Below are positions 38,874 to 52,670 of a DNA stretch of 64,000 bases, in pieces (positions within the stretch are counted from its first letter, which is position 1; each line of letters begins with the position of its first letter). Under the pieces are notes generated by a model, which saw only the letters and a program-made list of their open reading frames with translations, was not told the DNA's origin and made no database searches. Source of the DNA: Leucoraja erinacea. Taxonomy: Eukaryota. A program made the position numbers and the translations under genes. Location: NCBI RefSeq assembly GCF_028641065.1, contig NC_073382.1:58280001-58344000 (forward strand), in the 5' to 3' direction.

Positions 38874-40033
38874 TTAGAATTAGTCTATTCAATAAGTACA
38901 CAAAGTTGTTGACAAATTCTACATTTGCATAAATATATAAAATCAATGTTCAATTTCTGAGATGTGTGTGTCAACCTAACTGCAACATGACTAACAAAAC
39001 CACGGCCAATGTCATAAAAGGTTAGTTCTATTTTCCTTCTGAAAGAGCCAACAAATATATGGATAATTTGAGGAGCTCCTCAGAAATTACTGTCTTCCAA
39101 ATGCATGCAGTTTAGTTCCATTCAACTGGGCATTTACAACTTGTGGCGTAGATAACTAGAGAACCAACAATTATTCAAGTTTTTTTTTTAAATATATATT
39201 TACAAATTTAAGAATGGCCTAACTTTGCTCCTATAACTTATGAACAAGAAATAAGATGACCTCAAAGTGTGTGGATTTCAAATTCAATATAAGATTCCTT
39301 TTGAGAATAGGTTCAGATAAATTAAGCTTCAACAAACCATGCTATTTGTTATAAGGCTAACTGATTAAAAAAGTTTCATAATGCCAAATAATTTTGATGA
39401 AAATTTTAAATCTGTTATCTTTCCTTCATGTTTTAAATTCAAGAAATAAATGTTCCCTGTAATGTTATTAATAAATGATTGACTTTTTTAATGCACATTT
39501 GATCCATTTCAGTAGGCATGATTAATAGTCAAAACAATGGACGGAGTTCCCAGTAGTGATATTGTTCCATCTTAAAATTTCTTCAAAGGCCATTAAATAC
39601 TTTACACTCACTCTTCCATTATAGGAAAAGTAAATGATGGGTTATTATCAAACCTAGAATTAGGCTGACTTAGACGTACTATTACTATTGAAAAACAGAA
39701 TGAACAAAAAATATTTTGAGAAAGTATCTAAATTGTCACCAATTCTTATTTATTTCTGCACATTTAAAAAATTGTTTCATCGTATATTCATAGTACGGCA
39801 ACAAACCAAAAAGAAAAACGCATGACAATTCAAGGGATTACACATCATTCATTACACAGCATTGCATAATTATAGAATTGAAGACTGTGCCAATTTCATA
39901 GCAAACTCAAACCCATTACTGCAAGTTGTATACTTGCCTCAAATCTTCAATTTAACTTGCTCCATCCAAGTGTGTACATGAATATTTGGCTTACTGCTAG
40001 TGAATTTTCTCTCAGGTGTTGTACCATATATTA

Positions 40034-40171
<138 letters not shown>

Positions 40172-41084
40172 CTAAGAAGAATTGAAATAGATGTGCACAA
40201 TTTATATATTTTTTTAAACAGGATAAAAATCTAACCTGCACTTATGTTCAATTGCTAATTCATTGCTTATTTCATTGCTTTTGTGCATTAACATTTTTAA
40301 GAACCTACATACGAAAATAATATAGTACTAAGCCAAAATATTAAATGAACATGAATTGGCACGAATTAGATCTGCAAAGTTCAGGTTGTACCTAAACAAT
40401 CCAGCCTAAAATCTGAATTTTTACAATTGTTGCACACTTAGTCACAGCATACAATTCTGCCATATTAACTATATTATCTGGAACTACTGGGGTAGGAAAG
40501 GATATTATTTCACATGAACAATATGTTTAGCTGAACCTATCTTCAGTGGTGAAATTTTGTATAGGCCACCGCTGCCAAGAAAGGAAGTAAATCAGATCTT
40601 GTGTGATGCCTGGAATACTTCTGCATTCTAAATGCATTTCAAGGTCTGAAGGGCAACGCAGATGGCAGTTGGCCCAGACTGTGAATGCTTTTTCTGAGAA
40701 AAATCTTGTGAACAAAAGAGCTTAAAAAGTAATTTTGGGTGGCAACACCAATTTGGAAGACACCAAACGACAGAATTGAAGTAATACACAAAATCTGAAC
40801 ATTGTTTTCAAAATACACAATTTAGTTCAAGGACTTTGCCATCAATACATCCAGAGACTTTTGGTTTAAATTATGAATCTGTTATTAATTCTCCAAATTC
40901 AACTCCCATATGAATTTGAATACTGGCCAGACCAAAATGCTGAAACAGAATCTCTAAAGGTCCTTTTGATACTAAACCCACTGCATTTATGCAATGGTAA
41001 TGGATTTTTCCTTGCTTGGATAAGCTCTGCTCTTCTACTTTGATCATAAACACCTGTACTCAACCAGCCTTTGGACTTCATTCA

Positions 41085-41210
<126 letters not shown>

Positions 41211-41539
41211 CTATTTGAAAAAAACGTTTTAGAAAAATTAAAGCAAATTACTTCAGTGGCATCAATTAACAACTATTATGATCGAGATGTGACCTCTTAT
41301 TTCTGTCCTGCACCTCCATAATTGTTATTCAATTCACAAACCACTATTACAAATTATTAATTTCTACTTTACCAAGATCAATACATGCTTTATTTTAAAT
41401 ATAAATGAATGCATACAAGCTTTGCACAAAGAAGATTTACTTGACAATGTGAAATAAAAATCCAGACCTAAAATTTCAAATGTGTCTTATATCACGTCAA
41501 GATTAGAGACAAAAAGTAATTTTATAAAGACCACTATTG

Positions 41540-41660
41540 ATTTGGAAGCCCGGGACGCAAACCTATCAGGGGTGGAAGACGTTGCATATAACCAAACAGA
41601 ATGGTGAAAGCTTGCTGCCCAATGCACTCAACAGTGTGGGAGGAACAAAGTAAATAAGAC
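41540..41660 (+). mobile_element. RTE-like LINE 3' end
   Basis: gtggaagacgttgc...gggaggaacaaagtaaataag; (TAAG)-like tail. Confidence 0.4.
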
Positions 41661-42049
41661 TATTGATCCTTTGAACAGAGTATTGTCTATACCATCAATA
41701 ACTTATCTATTTTGAAAATGCACTATATTGTACAGCACACCATACATGGAGCAAGGCCTCTAATGAATGCAAAACACATTGTCATTGATAAAAATGTACC
41801 CTACCCTACCTATTTCCTCAGCTATTTTAAGATTATAGTTTTCATGTTATGTAATTTAACAGCATGCAGAAGTCAGACACACCTGCAATCATTTTATAAG
41901 TAAATGTTGGTTTGACTCATTTGGTGGCAAGCTTATTTCCACACAGGATTTTGGTCAGGGTCCACTCATATATTTCATTTCATGCAAATTAGAAGCAGGA
42001 GTAGGGCATTCAACTCCACCTGGATGAAATGCAATCTCTACTCAACATA

Positions 42050-42650
42050 CCTATCTATCCTTGGCACTCTGTGAACCTCTGCCGCACCTGGAAAGACGGC
42101 TTGGGTCCTTGAATGGAGTCAAGGGGGGAGGTAAAGCGACAAGTGTAGCATTTCCTGGAGAGGGTGTTGTTTGGGTGGGAAGGTACAAAATGATCAGGCA
42201 GTTACGGAAGGAGCAGTCTCTGTGGAAAGCCGACAGGGGAGCAGATGGGAAGATGTGGCCAACAGTGGGATCCCGTTGGTAGACTAAGCTGGAGAAAATC
42301 GGGGAGGGGGGGGGTGTCAAGAAAAAGAAAGGAAGAGGCAGAGACAGTAGGCTGCGGGAGAGCTGGGAATGGGAGGGGAAGGAGGGAGAAAGCAAGGACT
42401 ACCTGAAATTGGAGAAGTCAATGTTCATAGCGCTGGGGTGTAAACTGCCCATGCAAAATATGAAGTGCTGCTCCTCCAATTTGCGGTGGGCCTCACTCTG
42501 GCCATGGAGGAGGCACAGGACAGAAAGGTCGGATTTGGAATGGGAGGAGGAGTTGAAGTGCTGAGCCACTGGAAGATCAGGTTGGTTATTGCAAACTGAG
42601 TGTAGGTGTTGTGCGAAGCGATCGTCAAGCCTGCACTTGGTCTCACTGAG
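42050..42650 (-). mobile_element. Penelope-like fragments
   Basis: ETKCRLDDRFAQH...VAQHFN...RKLEEQHFIF..LHPSAMN (GIY-YIG C-terminus). Confidence 0.8.
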
Positions 42651-43020
42651 GTTGATCATACGCTGAATAAACCAACCAGAATTTTGTTTGGAAGTGGAAA
42701 GAAATAATAGAAATTGCATTATTTGCAACGTGTAAAAGGAGATGAAATACCGTATTGTAATTTTGCTGCATGTCATTGTGGTATATATCATGTCTTGATT
42801 GGTGAATATGTTTAGTTTGTGACTTTATTTGAAGCAAAAACAATGTGAATGCTTCATTGACCATAATTCTGACTGGTAACTACGCACTTCGTCCGAGCAC
42901 ATTATTGCACGCGTCATGCAAGCCGTCTTAAATGACCACCTAAACTGTCATTTGGTAACCTAAAAAGCTGCCTAGGTTGCCCGGCTGGCAACAGGGAAAA
43001 AAAGTTAAACGAGAGCCCTA
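42650..43020. mobile_element. Truncated hAT-like DNA element end
   Basis: Ends cgagagcccta (TAGGGC-type terminus); other end not found. Confidence 0.35.
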
Positions 43021-43606
43021 GGAGATGATCGTTGGTCGGCACATACTCGATGGGCTGAAGGGCCTGTTTCGCACTGTATCTCTAAAACTAAGCTAATCCC
43101 TAATTTGTAAATAATGACCGAGTTCCGGCTTCTCTCACAAGAGGAAACATCCTCTCGACAGGGATAATGTTCCAGGATACCGCCAGAAGAGAGAGCTGTT
43201 CTGTGTTTTATTGTTACCACATTCTCAACACATTTTGTTTGAAATATTATGTTGGTAGCCCTCCGATAAAGGTTCCTCTGACACTATTAAGAAAACCAAA
43301 TGTTATCCAAATGCATGGTTATTTCCTCATCCAAATGCACATAGAAAATGAGTCTGAGAATGGTCCCGACCCTAAACTTCCCCTGTCCACTCCCTTCACA
43401 GATACTGCCTGACCTGTTTTAATCAAGATTCCAGCATCTGCAGTTCCTTGTCTCTATAGAAAATTAGTTAATAACTTGATCCACCATTGTACATGGAGAA
43501 TTGATGTTGTGCATTTCCATAAAATGTTTCAGAGTATAATGCCTACAACCGCATTAGTCACTATACTGTTAATGACTTTCCTCTCAATAAAACCTAATTA
43601 AGAACA

Positions 43607-43759
43607 NNNNNNNNNNNNNNNNNNNNNNNNNNNNNNNNNNNNNNNNNNNNNNNNNNNNNNNNNNNNNNNNNNNNNNNNNNNNNNNNNNNNNNNNNNNNNN
43701 NNNNNNNNNNNNNNNNNNNNNNNNNNNNNNNNNNNNNNNNNNNNNNNNNNNNNNNNNNN
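43607..43759. other. Assembly gap (153 N)
   Basis: Run of N. Confidence 1.
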
Positions 43760-45319
43760 ACGAGGTCAACAAATGCAATTAGTGTCATATGTTGCATCGA
43801 GTTGCACAGATCACACACAAGGATTTTGTTTTCATCACTCAGATACAATTACATTAGCCAATTAAGTTTTATTATTGTAATCCGTCCACACTGCAATAAA
43901 CTCAAAAGCTCAGTTGCAGTCTTTAGCTAACTTTTTCACTTTTTATTTCCCATTTACAGAATGTTTGCTTTTCACAATCATAGGCAATCCAGAATCATAG
44001 ACTAATAGGAACAGCTGCCAATGGTAACAGAAAAACAAGCTGAATGCTTCAAAAGACCAAGTACAAGAACACTGAGCTTGCTTGCCCGCATGAATAGTCT
44101 TCTAACAGCAGATCGAAACGCTGCAATTATGGACTTAAGACAGCTTGTCCTTCTGCTTTAGGATTCATCCTAGCAACAGCAGTGGGTTTACATTTACCAC
44201 AATTGGACATTGTGGAACTAGTGCTGATGCATTCCATGGCGTGAGATGCAAAATGCTTTTATATCAGTCTATGCAGCTGCAAGCGAAAAGTGCTTAAATG
44301 CAGTTTCCCTACATCGGAACTCCTCAATCCTCCACTTAATATTCTAAAAGAACGCAGACTCAAGAGTCAAGGTGTGTATTCGCCATGACATGAACCGGAA
44401 CAATGAAATTCTTACTTGCTGCAGCTTTATCGGTACATGAGATACAACAATATACAGTAAATTACCAGAAACATGCATCAATGCTTACAACTATCTGCAG
44501 ATGGTCATGTAAAGTAAAGACTTAAATCATTCTGCCAGGTGCTCATCTTGATGCTATCGCTGCAGCAGTTCATAAATGGGAAGCAAAGCACCCTTGCTCC
44601 AGTTGGATCAACATTGGTTGGAATTTATAGATGTTACTACAAATATAATTATTGTTGAAGAACAATTTAATGCATTTACCAGAATGAAGCAGCAATTGAA
44701 TCTCAGAGACTACATGTTCCTCAAACAAAATTCCTTTCACCAGCCTTGGCAGAGTCAGCAGCAAAGTACCATTCTACAAGAATAATGCCCCTGAAAAGAA
44801 TTCTGCTTGAAGTACATTGAGTACATGGTTTCTATGCATCAGGTGATTTGAGTGAGGCCACTAGATAAAACAATATTACTGATATAAGTGGGCCTGCAGA
44901 TGATGTCAAAGGGTATGTTTTTAATATTTTGGGTGTTCTCTATGTTATCAGAAATAAACAAGCAGCAATTTGGTCTCCTGAAGAATATGTAGCGAACACG
45001 CTTTTTCAAGAGATTGTAGAATAGTAAAAGATTTAGGAAATACGAACTTAGACTAAGTCTTGTAAGTTGTTGTGATTTTACTTCCAAACAAGCCTCATTT
45101 CGAAACTGAAAACTATTACACATGATTTCATCTACATTGGAAAAGATATGGAATAAGATTATCATCCATCCCATTCAATGGTTCGCCAATAATGTCCCCG
45201 GTTTCACTGGCCAGCCTTGATGTAGTTCAGCCAGCATTTCTTAAACTAAAATATTGCTTTGCAGGTCATGAACATCATTATCATCTTGCACAAAGTATAT
45301 TGTGCCATGGAGTAAAAGT

Positions 45320-45925
45320 CATACTGATATATAGCATAGAAATTGGCCCTTTGACCGACCTTGTCCAGGTCAACCACATATGCACGCAGGGTAGTGCCAT
45401 TTGCCACATATCCCTCTATTCCCTTCGTACCTATGTATCTGTACAAATGTCATTTGAAAGTTATACCTGCATCTGTTTCTATTGCTTCCTCTGGCAACTC
45501 ATTCCAGATATCAACTGCACTGAGTGAAAAAGTTGCACAGAGGATCCTCTGAAATCTCCGCACTCTCACCCTTAAGTCTATGTCTTCTAGTTTTAGAATC
45601 TTCTACTCTGGGCATTCACTTTATCTATGTCCCTCATTTTTCAATACTTCAATAAGGTCACTGCTCAGCCTATTAGAGGCTGAGATGCATCAAGAAATGG
45701 CTCCTGCCTATCCAGGCTCTCCGTGCAGCTGAGGCCCACAAGTCGAGATAACATTCTGGTGAATCTTTTGTGCCTGCTTTCCAAATGAATGACCTCATGC
45801 TGGCAATGGAGGAGACCCAGAACACAAATGCCAGTGTGGGAATGGGAATGGGAGTTATAATGGCTAGCAACCATGAGGTCGAGCAGGCCTTGATAGACCG
45901 AGTGCAAGTGTTCGGTGAAATGTTG
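45320..45925 (-). mobile_element. Decayed CR1 3' end plus Penelope fragment
   Basis: KRFTRML..L.GLS remnants; EHLHSV..DL.VASHYNS. Confidence 0.6.
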
Positions 45926-46192
45926 CAATATGGAGGAACTTAATTTTGTGTCAATTAAGGAAGAACACTGATTCAAGCTGTATCTGCTTTTTAATTGTAT
46001 TTAATTTATCACCTTCCAAGCATTGCAATGTACTTGTAATCTTACAATTTCCATTATTACTCCACAAAAAATAACCAAAGAAAAATCTACACTTGCCACA
46101 ATTTTCTGGAAGAATAATGGCACATCTAATACTAAGAGTGAATTTCAGCATGATAAAAGCTTCCATGAAGCATCACAAAATTAGCATTTTTA

Positions 46193-46347
46193 AGGGCCCG
46201 TCACATTTGGCGATTTTTTCGGCGACTGCTGGCATCGTATCGGTGTAGCCAAAAGATTTTGAACATTTCAAAATCCAGCGGCGACAAAAAAATGTTGTGA
46301 CACGTGAAAAAACACTGCGAATAAAATCACCAAGTGGGCCAGGCCCT
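46193..46347. mobile_element. PIF/Harbinger-type MITE
   Basis: TIR AGGGCCcGTCaCAtTTGGCGATTTT / AAAATCaCCAAGTGGGcCAGGCCCT; TTA at both flanks. Confidence 0.8.
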
Positions 46348-46447
46348 TTATTTACAGAATAATGTGATGAATAATTCCTTCATTTCTTCAAACTCAATGA
46401 CCAAATCAACTACACTTCAAAGCAATTCATTCACTCAACACGAATCA

Positions 46448-46633
<186 letters not shown>

Positions 46634-49092
46634 TCATTAGATAATTGCAAAACACAAAAAAAATTGATTAAAAGGTTTTACAGTGTCTTGAAATTTCTAG
46701 ATTATGTAAATTGTTAGGTATTTCATTGCAAGATAAATCACTACATTGTCAAATTGGCCTTGGTCTATCTGCCCTGGTGTTTTCCTTCTTCACACTTTGG
46801 ATCATCAGCTTAAAGCCCTTGTATCACCAGTATATTGGAAAATTCAACTTTTCCTCTCAAATATCATAAAGAATCTTGCACGTCTACTTTAATAAACATG
46901 TGGATGTACTCATAATTACATAACAGTGACAGAGCAATACCACCCGTGACATCTCCTTAAAAATATTTTGCGACAATATTTCAAAGTGTTATAATGGTTT
47001 CCTAACAATGGAAAAACAAAACAAACGTGTCAAAATATATTGGTGGACTGTTCTTTGAAAGACAGTTCTTTGAAAATAGTCATTCCAAAACATTTTGTCT
47101 GGTGGCATTCAGTGGGCAGTAGGTCAAGGGAATAGAAGCTGGAGGTGCTTTAAGAAACAGATACCTGCATGGTTGTTTCACCATTCAGGCTGCTCAATGA
47201 GGCTGGCATTCAAACTCTGCCCACTCACCCTTGGAAATTATAAATGATTACCACATGTACAAGATCCAAAGTTAGATACAGTAAACCCTAGCAATAATGG
47301 ACCTCTATATAATGGATTTTGGTTATTTGCTTATATAGCAGATTCTAAGACTTCCGGCCTCCAACCCCCCACATCGCTGGCACCACGTGACGTACTTCCG
47401 GTTGCTGGAGCGATGAGATCAAGCAGTATGAATATCAGACCAGTCCCAGGTGCATAGGGATTAACTTTACTACCCTCACTTGATTATAATGGACAATCGA
47501 CACTTGTTTTGGATGTGAATAGAAAGCCCCCAGTTAAATGCCCGCTAGAAGATTTTACCAGAACAAATACATGCCCAAAATGTGCATCAAATATTCAACT
47601 TGTGATTAGCCAAGCTTTGACTATAAAATGACATTCAGGAACTGAAAGCTTTCCGCAAAGTATGCACAATATCGGGACTAGGATTGCATTGAATCTTATT
47701 GTCTTGTCAACAAAGTAGCACACACATACAGTGCCCTCCATAATGTTTCGGACAAAGGCCCATCATTTGTTTATTTGCCTCTGTACTACACAATTTGAGA
47801 TTTGTAATTTAAAAAATCACATGTGGTTAAAGTGCGCATTGTCAGATTTTATTAAAGGGTATTTTTATACATTTTGGTTTCTCAATGTAGAAATTACAGC
47901 TGTGTTTATACATAGTACCACCATTTCAGGTCACTGTAATGTTTTGGACACATGGATGGTGTTTGTAATTGCTCAGTTGTGTTCAATTGCCTCCTTAATG
48001 CAGGTATGAGAGACCTCTCAGCACCTAGTCTTTCCTCCAGTCTTTCCATCACCTTTGGAAACTTTTATTGCTGTTTATCAACATGAGGACTAAAGTTGTG
48101 CCAATGAAAGTCAAATAAGCCATTATGAGACTGCGAAACAAGAATAGAACTGTTAAGAGACATCAGCCAAACCTTATGCTTACCAAAATCTACTGTTTGG
48201 AACATCATTAAGAAGAAAGAGAGCACTGGTGAGCTTACTAATCACAAAGGGAATGGCAGGCCAAGGAAGACCTCCACAGCTGATGACAGAAGAATTCTCT
48301 CTATAATAAAGAAAAATCCCCAAACACCTGTCCGACAGATCAGAAACACTCTTCAGGAGTCAGGTTTGGATTTGTCAATGACCACTGTCTGCAGAAGACT
48401 CCATGAACAGAAATACAGAGGCTACACTGCAAGATGTTATAAGAGGTTACAGTTTGCCAAGAGGTACTTAAAAGAGCAACCACAGTTCTGGAAAAAGGTC
48501 TTGTGGACAGATGAAACGAAGATTAACTTATATCAAAGTGATGGCAAGAGCAAAGTATGGAGGAGAGAAGGAACTGCCCAAGATCCAAAACATACCGCCT
48601 CATCTGTGAAACACAGTGGTGGGGGTGTTATGGCCTGGGTATGTATGGCTGCTGAAGGTACTGACTCACTTATCTTCATTGATGGTAGTAGCATAATGAA
48701 TTCTGAATTGTATAGACACATCCTATCTGCTCAAGTTCAAACAAATGCCTCAACTCTTTGGCTGGTGGTTCATTCTACAGCAAGACAATGATTCCAAACA
48801 TACTGCTGAAGCAATAAAGGAGTTTTGCAAAGCTAAAAAATGGTCAATTCTTGAGTGGCTAAGTCAATCACCCGATCTGAAGCATTTGAGCATGCCTTTT
48901 ATATGCTGAACAGAAAACTGAAAGGGACTAGCCCCCAAAACAAGCATAAGTTAAAGATGGCTGCAATACATGCCTGGCAGAGCATCACCAGATAAGACAC
49001 ACAGCAGCAGATGATGTCCATGAATTGCAGACTTCAAGCCGTCATTGCATAAAATATGGACAAAATACTAAACATGATACTAAATACTAAAC

Positions 49093-49409
49093 CATCCGGT
49101 AGGCGGCGCGACTCTGGTCAGCAGCGGCCTCTGCAGCCTGTCCGCGTTTTTATTATTTTTGTCTGTGTTTTTATGTAGTTTTTGTTATTTTATGTTGGGG
49201 TGTGTGTGTGGGGGGGTGGGGAAACTTTTGAATCTCTCCCTGCACTGGAGACCCGACCTTTTCTCGTCGGGTCTCAGCTGTCGTTGGGGCCGCAACGAGG
49301 AGCGGCCTCCAACAGGAAGAAGCCGGGGACTCAGGTGCCGACTCACCTCACCGTCGCGGAGCTGGCCGAGACCGGAGCGGGTGGAGCGGTGGAGGAGCGT
49401 TGCCGCTGC

Positions 49410-49449
<40 letters not shown>

Positions 49450-49970
49450 GCCGCTGCTGCTGCTGCTGGGTCGGAGGCTGCTGCTGCGGGTCTGCGGACG
49501 GCGGCACCGGGAGCCCGCGGCTCCCTGGAGGGAGACCGCTTTTCGGGGCTCCTGCAACGGCGACTTCTCCCGCCCGAGTTGCGGGGTCGAAGAGCTCCTG
49601 GAGCGGGGCCTAGCACCACTGCCCCGCGCGGCTTGGAATGCGGGACTTTGCGAGCACACGCCGGGGGCTCCAACATCAAGACCCGGTGTGCGACCTCGCA
49701 CCACCCGGCGTGGCTTCAATGGCCGCGGGACAATCGCCATCGCCAGCCGGGGGCTTTGACTTTGACTCTGACATCGGGGGGGGAGAGAGTGCAGTGGAGA
49801 GATAAGTTTATTTGGCCTTCCATCACAGCTATGTGATGGATGTTTATGTAAAATGTAATTATGTTGTGTCTGGGGTCTATTTGTGTGTAATGTATGGCTG
49901 CAGAAACGGCATTTCATTTGGACCTCCAGGGGTCCAAATGACAATTAAATATACTCTTGATACTCTTGAT
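49093..49970 (+). mobile_element. GC-rich non-autonomous retroelement, copy 3 (inside Tc1)
   Basis: Same architecture; ACATGA duplicated at 49072-77 and 49971-76; (tactcttga)n tail. Confidence 0.8.
49400..49488. repeat. (GCT/GCC)n trinucleotide tract
   Basis: Seen directly, within copy 3. Confidence 0.95.
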
Positions 49971-50264
49971 ACATGACTACCTTCATTTACATGGCATTGC
50001 TGCGTCCCAAACATTATGGTGCCCTGAAATGAGGGGACTATGTATAAACACAGTTGTAATTTCTACATGGTGAAACCAAAATGTATAAAAATGTCCTTTA
50101 TTAAAATCTAACAATGTGATTTTTTCCATTACAAATCTCAAATTGTGGAGTACAGAAGCAAATAATAAATGATGGATCTTTGTCCCAAACATTATGTAGG
50201 GCACTGTAAATCCTAACAAGCTACAAGACAGGATCTTCGACAGGGAGTAAGAATATTCAGATGT

Positions 50265-50535
50265 AAAGATACAGCGCCCACCAAGTCCACGCTAACCAGC
50301 AATCCTCGGGCACTAGCATGATCCTACACATTAGGGACAATTTTCAATCTTTACCTAGGCTAATTAACCTACAAACCTACACGTCTTTTGAGTGTGGGAG
50401 GAATCCGGAACACCCAGGGAAAACCCAAGTGTTCATGGGGCGGACGTACAAACTCCATACAGACAGCACCTGTAGTCAGGATTGAACCTGTGTCTCTGGC
50501 GCTGTAAGGCAACAAATCTACAATTACACCACCCC
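50265..50535 (-). mobile_element. tRNA-derived SINE (HE1-like)
   Basis: gtcaggattgaacc (B box rc), acgtacaaactcc core. Confidence 0.78.
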
Positions 50536-52494
50536 TGCTAATGCAGGCTCTGATTTACCATAATTCTAGGAGGATAAAATTTGTATTCTTTGTGGAAAAG
50601 ATCTGTGTCAGTAACTAAGTTTATGTTCTTGCCAATATTTGTTCTAAATCTTCAAATATCCCCTTCAAATAATTTATAGAGATAATAATTTAAGATAAAA
50701 ATATCTGCTCTTTATGTGGTTTATTTTCACATTGCTCATCAATTCTGTTTGTAATTATCCTAACATTAGCTAATGATAACTATCTCCCAACACATATAAA
50801 CAAAACACCACAATTTATCCATTATGAACCTCTAATTTTGAAGACGTGTTATCATTTAATCTGCAGAGCTTCACTCAAAAGAATCTCAGCTTCAAATCTC
50901 TCCAAACTATAACTCCATGCTCATTACCATTTATCAGTCCTATAATGAAGTGCCAACACAAATAGGACTATAATTTAGACTTGATTAAGAACTTGTACAT
51001 TTTGCATTTGCATTTGATATACAAATACAAAAAATTAATTTTCTTTTTTAATGTCCCTGAACTACTTGCTCTGCCACCTTCAATGACTTATCTGTGTAAA
51101 TCAAGAAGCTTCAGCTGATCCAGCTCATCTGAAATTCTTGCTTTATAAATTACACAGATCCATCACTTCTAGCTGGCATCTGAGCATAATCACAATGTAT
51201 TCATCTAAGTGATGAATTGCTCCATTGCACAGACCCCTACAGGCTCTTTGGTGCTGGTCACTAAAATATAGACTGGAGGCAAATTAAGTTTTCACAATAC
51301 TTGTACTGTTCAATCCACAGAAGTACCAACACAAAACAGGATAACGGGAACACTGGGATGGATACATGTTGCTTCTTACCGTTGAACATTGTACCAGAGT
51401 TTAAGGAAACTCAAAACAATCAGCACTTATTATACCCAGTTTTTTGCTATATTTGACTTAACATAATGGTTAAAAGATTGTACCATTTGCCAAATATAGC
51501 AAATATCCATTGTAAGTATTATGGTACAAATAGCAACTTAAAATAGGATGGTATTTAAAATTTCCTATCTTTAGGCAATTACAATCTGCAATAAATTACA
51601 AACTTTTCCACAATTGAGGAAAACCGTACAGCTTGTAGTTGGAGAGAACAAAAATTGGCTTTTTGGATCAGTAGGGTTGATGTGAATGGGTAACTGATGG
51701 TCAACATCAACACCGTGAGCCAAAGAGCCTGTTTCGTTGCAATATGACTATGACAATTTTAAATAGAACTTATTCTGATATTTAAGAGCATAAATGCATT
51801 TTCTCAAATGATCTCAAACAATCCCAATAGAATTCTGTGCATTAAAAACTGGTTAAGGTCTTTTTTTTAATTTATGCATTCTGAAGAAACCTGCTGCAGT
51901 AAGATTATTTACTTTATTGTTTTACTGCAGCTGCTTACAATGCACACATTACAAGATAATGGGTCTAATTCCAGCACCTACAAATGCTAATTTGTTAAAC
52001 AGGGATGTTAAGAAATTAATTTCCTAACACATTATTCAACAGTTCAGCTGTTCACGAGAGTACAAAATGATCTAGTTTTAAGTATGGAAAGAACCAATCT
52101 GAGCACTTTGTCCTTTGTTTTTACAGACACAGCTCTTTTGTGCACACCTCAAGTGAAAGATTGTGTGCATTTCACCAGATGGCATTGGAGGTAAGTGCCC
52201 AATTGACCAATAACATTAACAATTATGATCTTAATCCAAACACACAGGAAGATTGCAGGTTAAATTTTTATACAACTCACTACCTGTCCATGAATTTGCA
52301 TAACAATTTGGCACTGTCATCACATTAAATAATTTTACTGTCCTAGATTCCAATTCTTGAAAAAAACTTGATGTTTTGTGTTCAGAACCCTCTTCATATT
52401 AAAGGCAATTTGTAAAATAGTTTTTTTCTTATGGAATTGTATTTTAGTCCAACCATATATTGATACAGAGCACTATTTTGATTCTATTGAATGA

Positions 52495-52670
52495 AAGATA
52501 CAGCATGGAAACAGGCCCTTTGGCCCGCCGAGTCCACACTGACCATTCACCCATTATAAGTTCTATGTTATCCCACTTTCTCATCCACTTTCTGGGGATT
52601 CACACACTAAGGGCAGTTTTACAGGGGCCAATTAACCTACACCCCTGCATATCTTTGGGAAGTGGGAGGA
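52495..52670 (-). mobile_element. HE1-like SINE 3' half
   Basis: gatacagcatggaaacaggccc...aattaacctac. Confidence 0.65.

Larger units (their letters stand above)
47729..50206 (+). mobile_element. Tc1/mariner transposon (IR/DR type), defective transposase, with internal insertion
   Basis: TA|CAGTGCCC...GGGCACTG|TA; ~220 bp TIRs with inner direct repeat; WKKVLWTDETK, QQDND, SPDL motifs with stops/frameshifts (~48083-49050). Confidence 0.93.

Noticed and set aside
43584-43848. ORFs with X runs
   Set aside because: Span the N gap; the adjacent exons are consecutive, so no exon needs to lie in it.
47277-47495. Tigger/pogo-like MITE (TA-CAGTAAACCCT)
   Set aside because: Only one terminus seen; no matching inverted end.
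49159-49944. Overlapping 119-225 aa ORFs on both strands (poly-A/C/S/L)
   Set aside because: Artefact of GC-rich repeat and (GCT)n tract; no domain motifs; not conserved in copies 1 and 2.
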